20,000 nt of DNA from an uncultured virus (IMG/VR IMGVR_UViG_3300022856_000004) (taxonomy: Duplodnaviria; Heunggongvirae; Uroviricota; Caudoviricetes): IMG/VR virus record IMGVR_UViG_3300022856_000004; one strand, written 5' to 3'. Made by a program: the position numbers and the translations under genes. Shown one piece after another: positions 1 through 10,091 of this stretch. The notes under the pieces were generated by a model. That model worked only from the letters and a program-made list of their open reading frames with translations, searched no databases and had not been told where the DNA came from. Every line of letters begins with the position of its first letter. The stretch's first letter is position 1.

Positions 1-1322
1 ATACCTATAAGGTCAGTTTTTATATCATTGGGTATATCACTCTCTATAATGTCAACTGATAGCTTTAGGTCTATATCTGTAGTTTTAATTTCATTTGATA
101 TTGACTTATATAATCTTTGTTTTGAACGTTCTAATACACTTGGTTCATGTAGAATACCTAATAAGTTATCACCTCTAGCTGGTAAAACCTGTTTTATTTG
201 TTGAAATACACTATAATCAAATAACTTCAATATGTTATAATATGCTTCAGCTGAGTTTACTTGTGAGTATTTCTTCCAATATTCATTAGTGAATGTTTCC
301 AATTCATTATAATAATCACGATTTATGTCTTCTGGATTACCTATATAATCGTCTATAGAGAAATAACCAGTATGTGCAAATATATCATCATTTATTATAT
401 CAGTTGGGCTCAGTGCTATTCTAATTTTATTAGATGGTATTTCATATCTAGTTTCATTTGAATTTTCAACACTCTTATCTGGGTTTAAGTCGGATAGTAA
501 CTCTGTACTGACAAACTCAATTTTATTACTATCATATATATTTGGACCATAATCAGGTGTATATTGATAGTATGTTTCTTGTGATGAATTATAATCTAAT
601 GAGCTTAGTCCATTTGGAGTTGCTCTATTTATATAACCATCAGTAGTTGTATTTACATCTTTATTGGGATGAATAGAATTTATATATGACCCATTATCAA
701 TATTAACATCTACATCATTCAATGGTATTCTGGAAATCAAATCATAATATGATGATGTTGGATTGTTACCAGCGTATGATTCACCATTAAGAACATGTTG
801 TTCCTTAATATCATCATTTAAACGTTTATGCCATAACCTAGTTTCTTGTATATAACCACTAAAATAATTAGTATTTATTGGGTTATTTGCGTATGCTACA
901 TATAAAGTGTTATCTACATTCCAACTATCATTATAAGCACTAAACTCAGACCCAACACTACCATTTATATATATACCTATAGAATTATTATAAGTTATAA
1001 CTCCATTTTTTTGCTTTAGTAAATGTATATTATAATTTTGATCTATCTGTGAATCATCATCAAATTCAGTTCTTTCTATAAATAATTGATTAAATTCACT
1101 ATCGAATAAATGACTACCTGATAACGAAGTTGATGTATAAGTAGAACCACTACGAATATATAAATTTATATTTCCTTGTGTAGTGTAATCACCAATATGC
1201 TCCAACTCGACTATCAAATTTGTAGACGTAGAGTTACCTAATTGTAACAATGTCTCATTTGGATTTGATGGTGATGAGTGTTTGAACCTAATTTCTATTG
1301 TATCTGGATAGCGATTTGACAA
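1..1322 (-). CDS. C-terminal part of large virion/baseplate protein, LamG/concanavalin-like region; runs off the window edge and is absent from the ORF track
   Basis: Manual translation gives an open frame from about 1340 to base 3 (about 440 codons): LSNRYPDTIEIRFK...FSGYIQETRLWHKRLNDDIKEQHVLN...YIGNPED...LFDYSVFQQIKQVLPAR...GILHEPSVLERSK. FSGYIQETRLW resembles the LamG C-terminal motif. Possible TTG start at 1322 preceded by AGGA, or a -1 frame continuation of the upstream ORF. Confidence 0.85.
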   Translation of the reverse strand, partial: MSNRYPDTIEIRFKHSSPSNPNETLLQLGNSTSTNLIVELEHIGDYTTQGNINLYIRSGSTYTSTSLSGSHLFDSEFNQLFIERTEFDDDSQIDQNYNIHLLKQKNGVITYNNSIGIYINGSVGSEFSAYNDSWNVDNTLYVAYANNPINTNYFSGYIQETRLWHKRLNDDIKEQHVLNGESYAGNNPTSSYYDLISRIPLNDVDVNIDNGSYINSIHPNKDVNTTTDGYINRATPNGLSSLDYNSSQETYYQYTPDYGPNIYDSNKIEFVSTELLSDLNPDKSVENSNETRYEIPSNKIRIALSPTDIINDDIFAHTGYFSIDDYIGNPEDINRDYYNELETFTNEYWKKYSQVNSAEAYYNILKLFDYSVFQQIKQVLPARGDNLLGILHEPSVLERSKQRLYKSISNEIKTTDIDLKLSVDIIESDIPNDIKTDLIG

Positions 1323-1330
1323 TTTAATTC

Positions 1331-3337
1331 CTAATTTTCTTCAAATTGATCCCATGGTATAGTAATATACTTATTACTTCCAAATTTAACTGAATATGTG
1401 TATTTATCAAATTCATGTATTGATTTACGATTTGTTTTCGTAGTTGTACCGGAATATTCAATTGGTTTTAGTATCGTCGATGGTATACCATATGTATTTA
1501 TTATAGACTCCACTCCACGTGCAGTACCCTTTGACTTATAAATATAAGGTAGGTTGTTTAATATACGTCTCCATATTTCGTGTGTTCTATCCTTATCAGA
1601 TTTGGTTACTAATCCATCTCGTTCTGGTTGTAATTTAGAATCTCCAGTTGTAACCCCAAGCTCATTTTTACCTATACTTGAATTAACACTACCATTAGAC
1701 AATATCCAACCGAAATTTTTAGTTACATCATATAACATCTTATCTGGGAATGATTGTAATTGATTATGTTCTCGTGTATTAAACCTAGATAGGTGTGTTA
1801 TGTATGACCATAAAATATCAAAATGATGTGATGTCATATCTATAAATTTAATATAATCATCATTGTATGTATTCATTAATATATATTCAGGTATAGTTTG
1901 TCTTAAAGAATATATATTATTTTTATCATATTCTTCTGCTACAGCTAAATTCTGTCGTAACCAAGATACAGAATATTCATCTATTGAACTTGCAATTGTA
2001 TATGGATATACTTGATAGAACGTCTCGGTACCGCCATTTTTACCCCAATAAATAACAGATTGGTTCCATACGTCAGACCAAACATCCCAGTTTGATTGCT
2101 CTGGATATTCAAATGTTGTATCTGGTTTTGGGTATGGATTTATTTTACCAATTATACCTTGAAATACATAACCATCATATGTTGTCTCTGGTAATGGTGG
2201 TGAGAAATATAACCACTTCTCAAAATCATCAAATTCACTTATTATTTGATTCTTGGACTTGATATACTTATCATTTGTATCTCCGACGTTACCAACTAAA
2301 CTATCAACTGTAGATATTAAAGAATCATAACCCTCTATTTTTTTTACTTTAGTATAGAAGTTTTTTATTCTAATGGTTAGATTAGAATAATGTGTGAATT
2401 GAGTTGGATCCGAATAATCTATATTTGAACGTATAGTATTTATATCTGATGATAAACTATCTAGTATTTTTTGAGTTGATGATAAATTTATATTAAGTAT
2501 ATCATCCCAAGATGTATATTGAGTTTCAGATCTTATTGTGTAATCAGTTTCAATATCAAAATTTGGACCAGACATACAATTATAAGTTTTTGCATCTGGT
2601 GAATCACTTAATGTGAATGTTTCTATGTTTGGATCTAGCATTTGTATAGTTAGAAAACATTTAGAACCAACGTCAATTTTTTCATTTAATGGGTCTAATA
2701 GCTTAATTATACATTCATTGTCTAAATCTTCAATATAATTGATAGCTAAATACAAATCATTATTACCAAAATTAACTAATATCTTTGGTAGTTCATTAGG
2801 TCGATTCCTAACATATTTTTGTAAAAAATCTTTATCATATTGATTAAATAATTTAGTATCAAATCCAGATTCTAATCTTACTCTTATCTCTCTTCTACTT
2901 GGTGATATTTCTCTAATATACATCTTTTTATCGGATAGATATGACCCTACTATATCCCTATGAAAGTTATATACTATTTTTAATGGTAAATTTCTATAAT
3001 TGAATATAGACATATCACTATATACATCAAGAGATATTACTTTTTTATTGGCTGTTCTATAATAATATGATCTTGGATCAATAGTATCTTCTATAGACCA
3101 AGTCTCAACTTTATGATTGCCATTTACATAATACCCATCAACACTATATAGATGTAATTCAACAATATCATTATAGTATTTGTTACTACTACCTGGAACT
3201 AACTCACCAAGTCCAAAATTTGTATCTACCAGTGATTTAATTAATAATGATTCATCTGATTCAGATAATAATTTACCTCGTTGTTGAGATTTAGTATCTA
3301 TTATATTCTCTGGATTTTTATATTGTTCTAATGACAT
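1331..3337 (-). CDS. Large virion structural/baseplate protein, N-terminal part (668 aa)
   Basis: Long ORF in baseplate module; EIWRRILNNLPYIYKSKGTARGVESIINTYGIP resembles the KGT motif of baseplate wedge/tail protein I (P2 gpI/T4 gp7-like); GGAG 8 nt upstream of ATG. Confidence 0.8.
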   Translation of the reverse strand: MSLEQYKNPENIIDTKSQQRGKLLSESDESLLIKSLVDTNFGLGELVPGSSNKYYNDIVELHLYSVDGYYVNGNHKVETWSIEDTIDPRSYYYRTANKKVISLDVYSDMSIFNYRNLPLKIVYNFHRDIVGSYLSDKKMYIREISPSRREIRVRLESGFDTKLFNQYDKDFLQKYVRNRPNELPKILVNFGNNDLYLAINYIEDLDNECIIKLLDPLNEKIDVGSKCFLTIQMLDPNIETFTLSDSPDAKTYNCMSGPNFDIETDYTIRSETQYTSWDDILNINLSSTQKILDSLSSDINTIRSNIDYSDPTQFTHYSNLTIRIKNFYTKVKKIEGYDSLISTVDSLVGNVGDTNDKYIKSKNQIISEFDDFEKWLYFSPPLPETTYDGYVFQGIIGKINPYPKPDTTFEYPEQSNWDVWSDVWNQSVIYWGKNGGTETFYQVYPYTIASSIDEYSVSWLRQNLAVAEEYDKNNIYSLRQTIPEYILMNTYNDDYIKFIDMTSHHFDILWSYITHLSRFNTREHNQLQSFPDKMLYDVTKNFGWILSNGSVNSSIGKNELGVTTGDSKLQPERDGLVTKSDKDRTHEIWRRILNNLPYIYKSKGTARGVESIINTYGIPSTILKPIEYSGTTTKTNRKSIHEFDKYTYSVKFGSNKYITIPWDQFEEN

Positions 3338-4224
3338 TAACCACTCTCCCCAAAATTAATATCATCATCGACAGAATCGTCGAATGTATCAGTTTCATCA
3401 CTATTATCAATATCCTTATTACCCTTACTATTCTCAATAGCAGATTTTATAAGTTGTGGTATAGCATCCAATTGTAATTGTTGTAACGAATCCAAACTTT
3501 CATTCATAGCCAACTTAACAGCTATATCATTTATGGAATTCTGTACGTTTGTTAATTGATCTGTATTTCCATTTGTTATTTGATCCACTACAGAATCATA
3601 ATTATCTTCTAATGATTTTATAGTTTCTGTTAATTCAGATACTATATTTTTATTCTGTATTAATTCTTCATCTTTAGATTGCAATGAAGATTTTAAATCG
3701 GCTATAGTAATCATTAGATTTTTTATTTGCAAGTTTAAGTCTGGTGTGTATGGTTTTACGTTTGACTTCAACTCTATTATATCTGTATTTATAACATTTT
3801 TTATAGATTGCAAATCATACACCACATTTATATTTGTCATATATAATTTTTGTGTTGTGTTCTTAGAGCTATCTATATTCAAAACAACACTTCCATTAGA
3901 AGCCCTATCAATATCAAATTTAGTTGGTTGTGTTTGTTCTATAGTTTGATTATTAATTGTATTGTTTGTATCTATATGTTCCATTATAGAATTACCACCT
4001 AATACACTACGTATAAGGTATAACCTAACGTCTTCTATTGTAAGTTGTGGTCTTTCACCACTATCACTTATAATTTGAAACACATCAATCGAACTACTCT
4101 CTATATCATCTAAATTAATTAGGTCATTAGTTATACTATCAAATAAAGTTGTAATTTCAATAGATGAAAATTGATAACCAGGTACCAACTCATTCAATCT
4201 AGAATATAATAACTCTATATTCAC
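3337..4224 (-). CDS. Hypothetical coiled-coil protein with acidic tail (295 aa)
   Basis: ORF translationally coupled to both neighbours; GTG start preceded by AAGGTGG; heptad-rich C-terminal half. Confidence 0.75.
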   Translation of the reverse strand: MNIELLYSRLNELVPGYQFSSIEITTLFDSITNDLINLDDIESSSIDVFQIISDSGERPQLTIEDVRLYLIRSVLGGNSIMEHIDTNNTINNQTIEQTQPTKFDIDRASNGSVVLNIDSSKNTTQKLYMTNINVVYDLQSIKNVINTDIIELKSNVKPYTPDLNLQIKNLMITIADLKSSLQSKDEELIQNKNIVSELTETIKSLEDNYDSVVDQITNGNTDQLTNVQNSINDIAVKLAMNESLDSLQQLQLDAIPQLIKSAIENSKGNKDIDNSDETDTFDDSVDDDINFGESG

Positions 4225-5321
4225 TATTTAACCACCTTAAATATAAATTCATTATCATATATAAGATCTTCATCGTTATAATCTACTAATATTGATATTT
4301 TATAAAACCTATTTAGCATAAAATTATCAGTTCTTAGGTAAAAATAATTTCCATTCTCATCACAGCTTATTTTAGTATTACTTGTATCGAAATCAATAAT
4401 CACATCATCAGTTATATAATCTGATATTTGATAATATGATGAACTAGGCATATAATAGTCGTTAGTGTATCCAGATTGAGTTGTAAACGTTCTACTTGGA
4501 TATTTCAATCTAGACTTAACATAAACCTTATCTATCTCCCCATTTCTATATTTCTTCTTGTTTATTGGATATACAATTATATCCTTATCAGTTGGTATAG
4601 GATTTAAACTTCCAGTTACAAATACTGAATCGTCGTATTTGAATTTCAATACTGGGGGATAAATAGTATTACTTTCTAATGAAAAGAAACTCAATTTTCC
4701 TTGATACTCATCACTAGTTTCAGATTGTAATGTTCGTTTTAATATCAATCCATTATTATTTATAGAACCAGATAGCCATTTATCAACTGTATATGTAATA
4801 TCTAAATTTATATCTGAACTATTGTAGTTATATATTTGCTCGGTTAATAATGAACCAGTTTCTATAAAATACCAATTTGCCCCACCAACACTATCAAAAT
4901 ATGAACATGTTACGTTTGTAGGTAAATTATCAACTGACCAAGTTGTAGCATTAGAACTACCATCTCTATATTTCCAAGAAACACCATTCTTTATTTTTGG
5001 TGAATCTGATATTCTACCAGTTCCCATATCCCATGATTCATATACAGGATAACATTCTATAGAATATCTAATAGGTATTTCTTGTGTTAAAGATGAATAT
5101 AATTGCAAACTACAAGTGTAATTACCTGGGAAAACACCACTATCAACATTTAACTTTATTTCATTAATTGATGCAGAAAAATCTATTAGTGTTCTACTAA
5201 CAGAAAGTTCATTGTCTATGTTAACATGTGATATTTCAAGTGACGCATCTGTACCTGAATTAGCATCTATGTAATTTTCATACATAGTAGAATCCTTATC
5301 AGGATAAAATAATATAATCAT
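4224..5321 (-). CDS. Virion/baseplate-associated protein with DNRLRE/CBM96-like beta-sandwich (365 aa)
   Basis: Motifs YPDKDSTMYE, SRTLIDF, W-x-SGS-x2-NNGLILK and FFSLES-x4-PP-x-L match my recollection of this fold; position in baseplate cluster. Confidence 0.65.
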   Translation of the reverse strand: MIILFYPDKDSTMYENYIDANSGTDASLEISHVNIDNELSVSRTLIDFSASINEIKLNVDSGVFPGNYTCSLQLYSSLTQEIPIRYSIECYPVYESWDMGTGRISDSPKIKNGVSWKYRDGSSNATTWSVDNLPTNVTCSYFDSVGGANWYFIETGSLLTEQIYNYNSSDINLDITYTVDKWLSGSINNNGLILKRTLQSETSDEYQGKLSFFSLESNTIYPPVLKFKYDDSVFVTGSLNPIPTDKDIIVYPINKKKYRNGEIDKVYVKSRLKYPSRTFTTQSGYTNDYYMPSSSYYQISDYITDDVIIDFDTSNTKISCDENGNYFYLRTDNFMLNRFYKISILVDYNDEDLIYDNEFIFKVVK

Positions 5322-5776
5322 TAACTAACCCACCAAAAATATCCAAACATTCTAACCGCAATATACATCATACGTCTTTTAACTTTAGAAACCCCAAGCT
5401 CTCTAAGCATCCTACAAAATAATCGATCAGCATCCCTACGATTCCAATTTCTTTCTTCTGGCTCCCATCTACTATTACCAAATCTAGTTTGTATATTATT
5501 TTTTAATATACCTTTATGTTTATAAATATAATCATGTATTAGACTTGCTGGTCTATGTATACCATCTGGATATATATCAATTAAACTCCATAATAACCTA
5601 GGTACCGAAGTACCATCATAATAGAATCCATTAACAACTGTTATTTTAAATGTAGATTTATTATATCTCCAAATATACGAATAATCACCTCTAAGTAAAT
5701 AGTGACTCTTATCATCCATCGGTATTATATCTGGTTGATCTGGAAAGGTTAAATTTATATCTTCTTTATGTATCAT
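5321..5776 (-). CDS. DUF1353 family protein
   Basis: GFYYDGTSVPRLLW, ASLIHDYIY, RRDADRLF and MYIAVRMFG are the characteristic DUF1353 motifs. Confidence 0.88.
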   Translation of the reverse strand: MIHKEDINLTFPDQPDIIPMDDKSHYLLRGDYSYIWRYNKSTFKITVVNGFYYDGTSVPRLLWSLIDIYPDGIHRPASLIHDYIYKHKGILKNNIQTRFGNSRWEPEERNWNRRDADRLFCRMLRELGVSKVKRRMMYIAVRMFGYFWWVS

Positions 5777-7653
5777 ATACTAATAGTCCTACCTTTAATA
5801 TCCGTGTTAGGATATTTTATTTCAAATATACTTGGATCCATAGATGGATATATAATTCCTTCTCGTGTAGAATTAGCTATATCATACATATTATCTGCAT
5901 ATCCTAAATCAGAACCATATAGGTTCTTTATAGTTACATCCGATACTGTCTGTACACCATCAACTCTATCCAAAGCAACATACAATGAATTTATTGATAT
6001 TGGTTGGTTTAAATTCCACTTATCAATATCAAATATATCTCGTAATTTACTTATACAATTTGATATGACTTCATATGAATTGTATTCTGGTAAGGTTATT
6101 ATCTTAAAATCAATACCTATATTTATTATATAAGCATGCTTAATGGATATACTATCCGATAATATCTTATAAAAACCTATATATTTCTTTAAATTTTCTA
6201 TTGTAGCAACATTAAGATGTGTTAAATTTTTATTACCATCATATCCCAACACATACATATCTATATTTAGTGGGTTATACTTATATTGATAATCATCTGA
6301 ATCTGTATCTACATTACCAGAAACAACGTGTACCTTTGATATAGATCCATATATAGATGGCATTGAATATGCTCTGATAGCGTAATCTTCTAATGTAACA
6401 GTTCTATTTTGAGTTGCAAAGTTTGACATGGCTTTTTGTCTAATTTCATCTAATCCATCAACATCTTTACCACCTGTAGCTGGAAACTCATTATTGAATG
6501 ATATTGATTGTTTAGCTATTCTAACCAGTTCAGAATCTAATCCTACTTCATCTATAGTTGTATTTACATAACCTTTTAATTTTATACTATTTGATTGTAC
6601 ATTATCCTTAATACCATTACCAGTTGTATACCTAATTGTTAATGTTGTATTACTAGGAGCCAAACCATATGTCTTTGTATATAAAAAATTAGTTGGGTCT
6701 ATATTTAGATTTCCGTTTTTATCAGCATCAAATAATTGTGATCCTATATTTGTAGGATTAGGTATTATATTTTCATCATCTTCTTCTGATATACCAGAAC
6801 CGAAATTTAATTGTAAATCACCATTACTCTTAAAATTAGTGGTGAAACGTTTAGCTACTTTTTTAAAATTTAATAGATATGGTGTTCCCGATGTTCTGTA
6901 TGGTGACATAGATGGGTTATTACGTTCTATATTCTGCACTGGCTCCATTACTATATTCTGAGCTAGATAAGGAACTTCATACCACTTGTTACCATCACTA
7001 TCATATACATCAACTATAGATATTATATTAGTATCGGTTATAGTATATTTATCATACTGAACTGGACTTGAAAATGTAACTACTTCAGTATGTAATTTAC
7101 CACTTACAGCCCTAACCCTTTTCTTTAATGTATAAAATAATGGTTCGTTTGTATTATCGTCTGTTCTATGAACAGTAACTTCGGTTGTGTCAAATGAGCT
7201 AGAATATGAAAAATCTACTATATCAATAGTTCTGAACTCTACATCAGTATTATCTTCTGATTTAACTATTGAATTTGCATTTACTATTATAGAATAATTA
7301 AAATCTGGTCTTACGTCACCACCACTACCAATTGATGGTATTAATTGATATACATCCAAATCAACTATAGATGGATATACATTATTAACTCTATACCCAC
7401 GTGTCAAAGCTATATCATATACACTTTGCCTATTAGTTGCATACTGCAACATAGATTCTTTTAATGTTTCATCCGTGTAAAATGATAAAACGTCACCAAC
7501 ATAAGATGCCATTTCTATATACAACATACCAGGTGAAGATTCATTAAAATCTTGATATGTATCTGGAAAATAAGTCTTAGAAAATTGTATTAATTTACTT
7601 CTAAAATGATTAAAATCCTTATTTACATATTGTATATCTTTTTTTGAAGCCAT
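5773..7653 (-). CDS. Baseplate wedge subunit (T4 gp6/baseplate J-like)
   Basis: KDFNHFRSKL, YQDFNESSPGMLYIEMASYVGDVLSFY, ATGGKD and ATQNRTVTLEDY are typical gp6-like wedge motifs; adjacent to gp25-like gene. Confidence 0.9.
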   Translation of the reverse strand: MASKKDIQYVNKDFNHFRSKLIQFSKTYFPDTYQDFNESSPGMLYIEMASYVGDVLSFYTDETLKESMLQYATNRQSVYDIALTRGYRVNNVYPSIVDLDVYQLIPSIGSGGDVRPDFNYSIIVNANSIVKSEDNTDVEFRTIDIVDFSYSSSFDTTEVTVHRTDDNTNEPLFYTLKKRVRAVSGKLHTEVVTFSSPVQYDKYTITDTNIISIVDVYDSDGNKWYEVPYLAQNIVMEPVQNIERNNPSMSPYRTSGTPYLLNFKKVAKRFTTNFKSNGDLQLNFGSGISEEDDENIIPNPTNIGSQLFDADKNGNLNIDPTNFLYTKTYGLAPSNTTLTIRYTTGNGIKDNVQSNSIKLKGYVNTTIDEVGLDSELVRIAKQSISFNNEFPATGGKDVDGLDEIRQKAMSNFATQNRTVTLEDYAIRAYSMPSIYGSISKVHVVSGNVDTDSDDYQYKYNPLNIDMYVLGYDGNKNLTHLNVATIENLKKYIGFYKILSDSISIKHAYIINIGIDFKIITLPEYNSYEVISNCISKLRDIFDIDKWNLNQPISINSLYVALDRVDGVQTVSDVTIKNLYGSDLGYADNMYDIANSTREGIIYPSMDPSIFEIKYPNTDIKGRTISI

Positions 7654-8126
7654 TATAAGTTTCCTGAAATGTTTATTTTGCCATTACTATCAGCAAATAA
7701 AGTTAATGTTCTGTAGTTATTAGCATTTGTATCTATTATAAATGATAATTCTATGTAAATTCCATTTTTTAACATATTTGTTTTATTGATTGAACTTGTA
7801 TTAGAAACACCAATATCAAGAACTTTTATGCCTGGTAGCCATGTATTTATAGCTTTATTTATAGTATTTCTAACTCTTTCTACTAATTCATTAGAATAAT
7901 TCTCAAATAATATCCTGCGTAGATCGGTTCCGAATGTTGGGTGATTATAACGTTCACCAACACCAGTTAATAATAAATTTACTAAATTATAATATAATTG
8001 CTGTTCTGTAGTATCAGTTAAAGAAAATAAAGCCTTTCCATTACCATAAGGTAACTTCAGACCTATAGTTTTGTTATTATTAACATCATTAGGTAAAACT
8101 ATATACTTTATACGTTCAGTAGCCAA
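7653..8126 (-). CDS. Baseplate protein gp25/GPW-like
   Basis: NLVNLLLTGVGERYNHPTFGTDLRRILFE is the GPW_gp25 signature; TTG start. Confidence 0.9.
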   Translation of the reverse strand: MATERIKYIVLPNDVNNNKTIGLKLPYGNGKALFSLTDTTEQQLYYNLVNLLLTGVGERYNHPTFGTDLRRILFENYSNELVERVRNTINKAINTWLPGIKVLDIGVSNTSSINKTNMLKNGIYIELSFIIDTNANNYRTLTLFADSNGKINISGNL

Positions 8127-8145
8127 TTAAATTACCATTTATTCA

Positions 8146-8460
8146 TTAAATATTATCATTTCCAATATGATGTAAGTCAGTTGCTGTTCTAGCAGTTTCC
8201 CTTAATATATCATTATATGGGTTACTACTATTTATTCTTGATGTTGGGCTGCTTACTATTTGCTGTGTATTATTTGATTGGTGTTGTGCGTTAGCTGTAT
8301 TATTATATGCATCTCTAACATATTGATTATTGGATTGTTGATTAGTATTACTAACAACTTCCCTAATTATACCATCAATTACATATTTACCATCATTCAA
8401 AAAATACTCACGTAACGCTTCAATCATTATATGTTTTACATCTGCTCGTGACATTGCCAT
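8146..8460 (-). CDS. Hypothetical protein (104 aa)
   Basis: ATG preceded by GAGGG and by an ATATTTAT motif; C-terminal NDILRETA. Confidence 0.75.
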   Translation of the reverse strand: MAMSRADVKHIMIEALREYFLNDGKYVIDGIIREVVSNTNQQSNNQYVRDAYNNTANAQHQSNNTQQIVSSPTSRINSSNPYNDILRETARTATDLHHIGNDNI

Positions 8461-8491
8461 TATATATCCCTCTTTAATAAATATTATTAAA

Positions 8492-9682
8492 TTAATTTTT
8501 ATTTAAAAATACCAATTTTGACTTAACTATGTCAATCTTTGATTTTATGTTTGTTATATTTGCTTTGTTTTTTATGAAATTAGCTGTATTTAACGGTGTT
8601 AATGATGGCCCAGTTCCAGTTGGAACAGTTAATAACATAATATTACCACATATAGATTCTAATTCTGATAGTAATTCAGTTAATATATCTACAGTTGTGT
8701 CACCAAGTAATGCTGGTTCATTAGCATCTATACCAAGATTAATACGTTTAGATTGTAATTCTACTATATCACCAGATTCTACACTAATTGATGTTGGTGT
8801 GCTTAATGCAATTCCATTTTTAGCTAATAGATTTATTTCTTTGTTTTTTGAAACTATAAATATTCTATCCGAAAAAACTCCAATTTGATTTCCAGAGTTT
8901 TTATTTGATTCTGTATTATATGAATCTATACCAAGTCTTGATTGTGAATCTAATATTGTAGTTGGATTTTTAAAATTTAAAGTTTGACCCTGTGTCATCC
9001 AAATACTAGATATATTCATATCTATATTCTCAACGTTAAATATATTTGTCTTCTTAGGCAATTTACCATTTCTAATTACTAATATTGGATCTCCTACTTT
9101 GGATGTTCCACTTGAAGATGATGATTTTACAGAATATATATCATTATTTTCTGTTGTAGATGATAATCTGATACTATTACCTGATCTACCCTCATATAGC
9201 ATATCCCCCTCAAAAGGTTGTAATGCAACTTCATTAGTATCATACTTAAATGATGTTTTTAATTTCTTAGATTTGTCATTTGTATAACCATCATTTGAAT
9301 TTTGTATTGAATTTAAATCACCACCAACAACAACTAAATTTGATACTCCAATCATAGCATTGTAATTTATATTAGATTTCATTGCTATTGGAGATTGTAT
9401 GTAATAATTATCATTCATTATAACCCCACCAGATGATTCTGCATTAATTCCTTTCATCAAATAAACAATTTCCCCTATAAGAGGTATTTTTTTAATTGAA
9501 ATATCAAATGGTTTAGCTATAATAACGCTATTTAGTGATGTAGAACCGGCTGTATATAATAATCTAACGCCTATAGCGTAAAGAGTATCTACATCATTAC
9601 CTTTATAATTAACATACATAACCTCTGCTGGAACAATATCATAATTATCACCATCAATATAAAAGTGTCTATTACTTATCAT
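8492..9682 (-). CDS. Putative baseplate hub/central spike protein (gp5/gpV-like)
   Basis: PLIGEIVYL (OB-fold-like), LQPFEGD-x4-GR-x-GNSIRL, beta-rich repeats, C-terminal PALLGD...LTVPTGTGPS-x2-PLN; lies upstream of gp25. Confidence 0.6.
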   Translation of the reverse strand: MISNRHFYIDGDNYDIVPAEVMYVNYKGNDVDTLYAIGVRLLYTAGSTSLNSVIIAKPFDISIKKIPLIGEIVYLMKGINAESSGGVIMNDNYYIQSPIAMKSNINYNAMIGVSNLVVVGGDLNSIQNSNDGYTNDKSKKLKTSFKYDTNEVALQPFEGDMLYEGRSGNSIRLSSTTENNDIYSVKSSSSSGTSKVGDPILVIRNGKLPKKTNIFNVENIDMNISSIWMTQGQTLNFKNPTTILDSQSRLGIDSYNTESNKNSGNQIGVFSDRIFIVSKNKEINLLAKNGIALSTPTSISVESGDIVELQSKRINLGIDANEPALLGDTTVDILTELLSELESICGNIMLLTVPTGTGPSLTPLNTANFIKNKANITNIKSKIDIVKSKLVFLNKN

Positions 9683-10091
9683 CTTGATTACCTATTAATA
9701 TAGTTTCTTTGGGATTCAATTCATCAATTTCATCGTCTTGTATGTGAGATTGTATCTTTTTTTCTACATTTTCTAAATCATCCAATATTTTAAATATTTC
9801 TTTATCTGAAACGTTACCGTCGTCATCTGAATTCAGAATCATTTTTTGTATGGAATCTGCGATTTTTAACAACTGATTATCATTCTTAACATTTATATCA
9901 ATCATATCCCTAACTGTTGATAGTAATACCAATGCAGATTCTGGTTGTTCCTTTATCTGTTTCGTTATAGTAGCTAAAATACTCTTTATCATAGAATTAT
10001 TTTCTTGTGATCTACTATATGCTTCGGACATAATATCCAAATACGATAACTTTTTGCCTTTTGCGGTTATAACCTTTTCATGTTCATTCAT
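9672..10091 (-). CDS. Hypothetical helical phage protein (139 aa)
   Basis: ORF coupled to both neighbours; no recognised motif. Confidence 0.7.
   Translation of the reverse strand: MNEHEKVITAKGKKLSYLDIMSEAYSRSQENNSMIKSILATITKQIKEQPESALVLLSTVRDMIDINVKNDNQLLKIADSIQKMILNSDDDGNVSDKEIFKILDDLENVEKKIQSHIQDDEIDELNPKETILIGNQDDK

Noticed and set aside
1331..1333. TAG reassignment (genetic code 15) as the cause of the broken virion gene
   Set aside because: Reading through gives more TAG codons and then TGA within about 40 codons, the real continuation is in another frame, and TAG ends several well-formed genes (4224, 10791, 11838, 14948, 17303, 17834).
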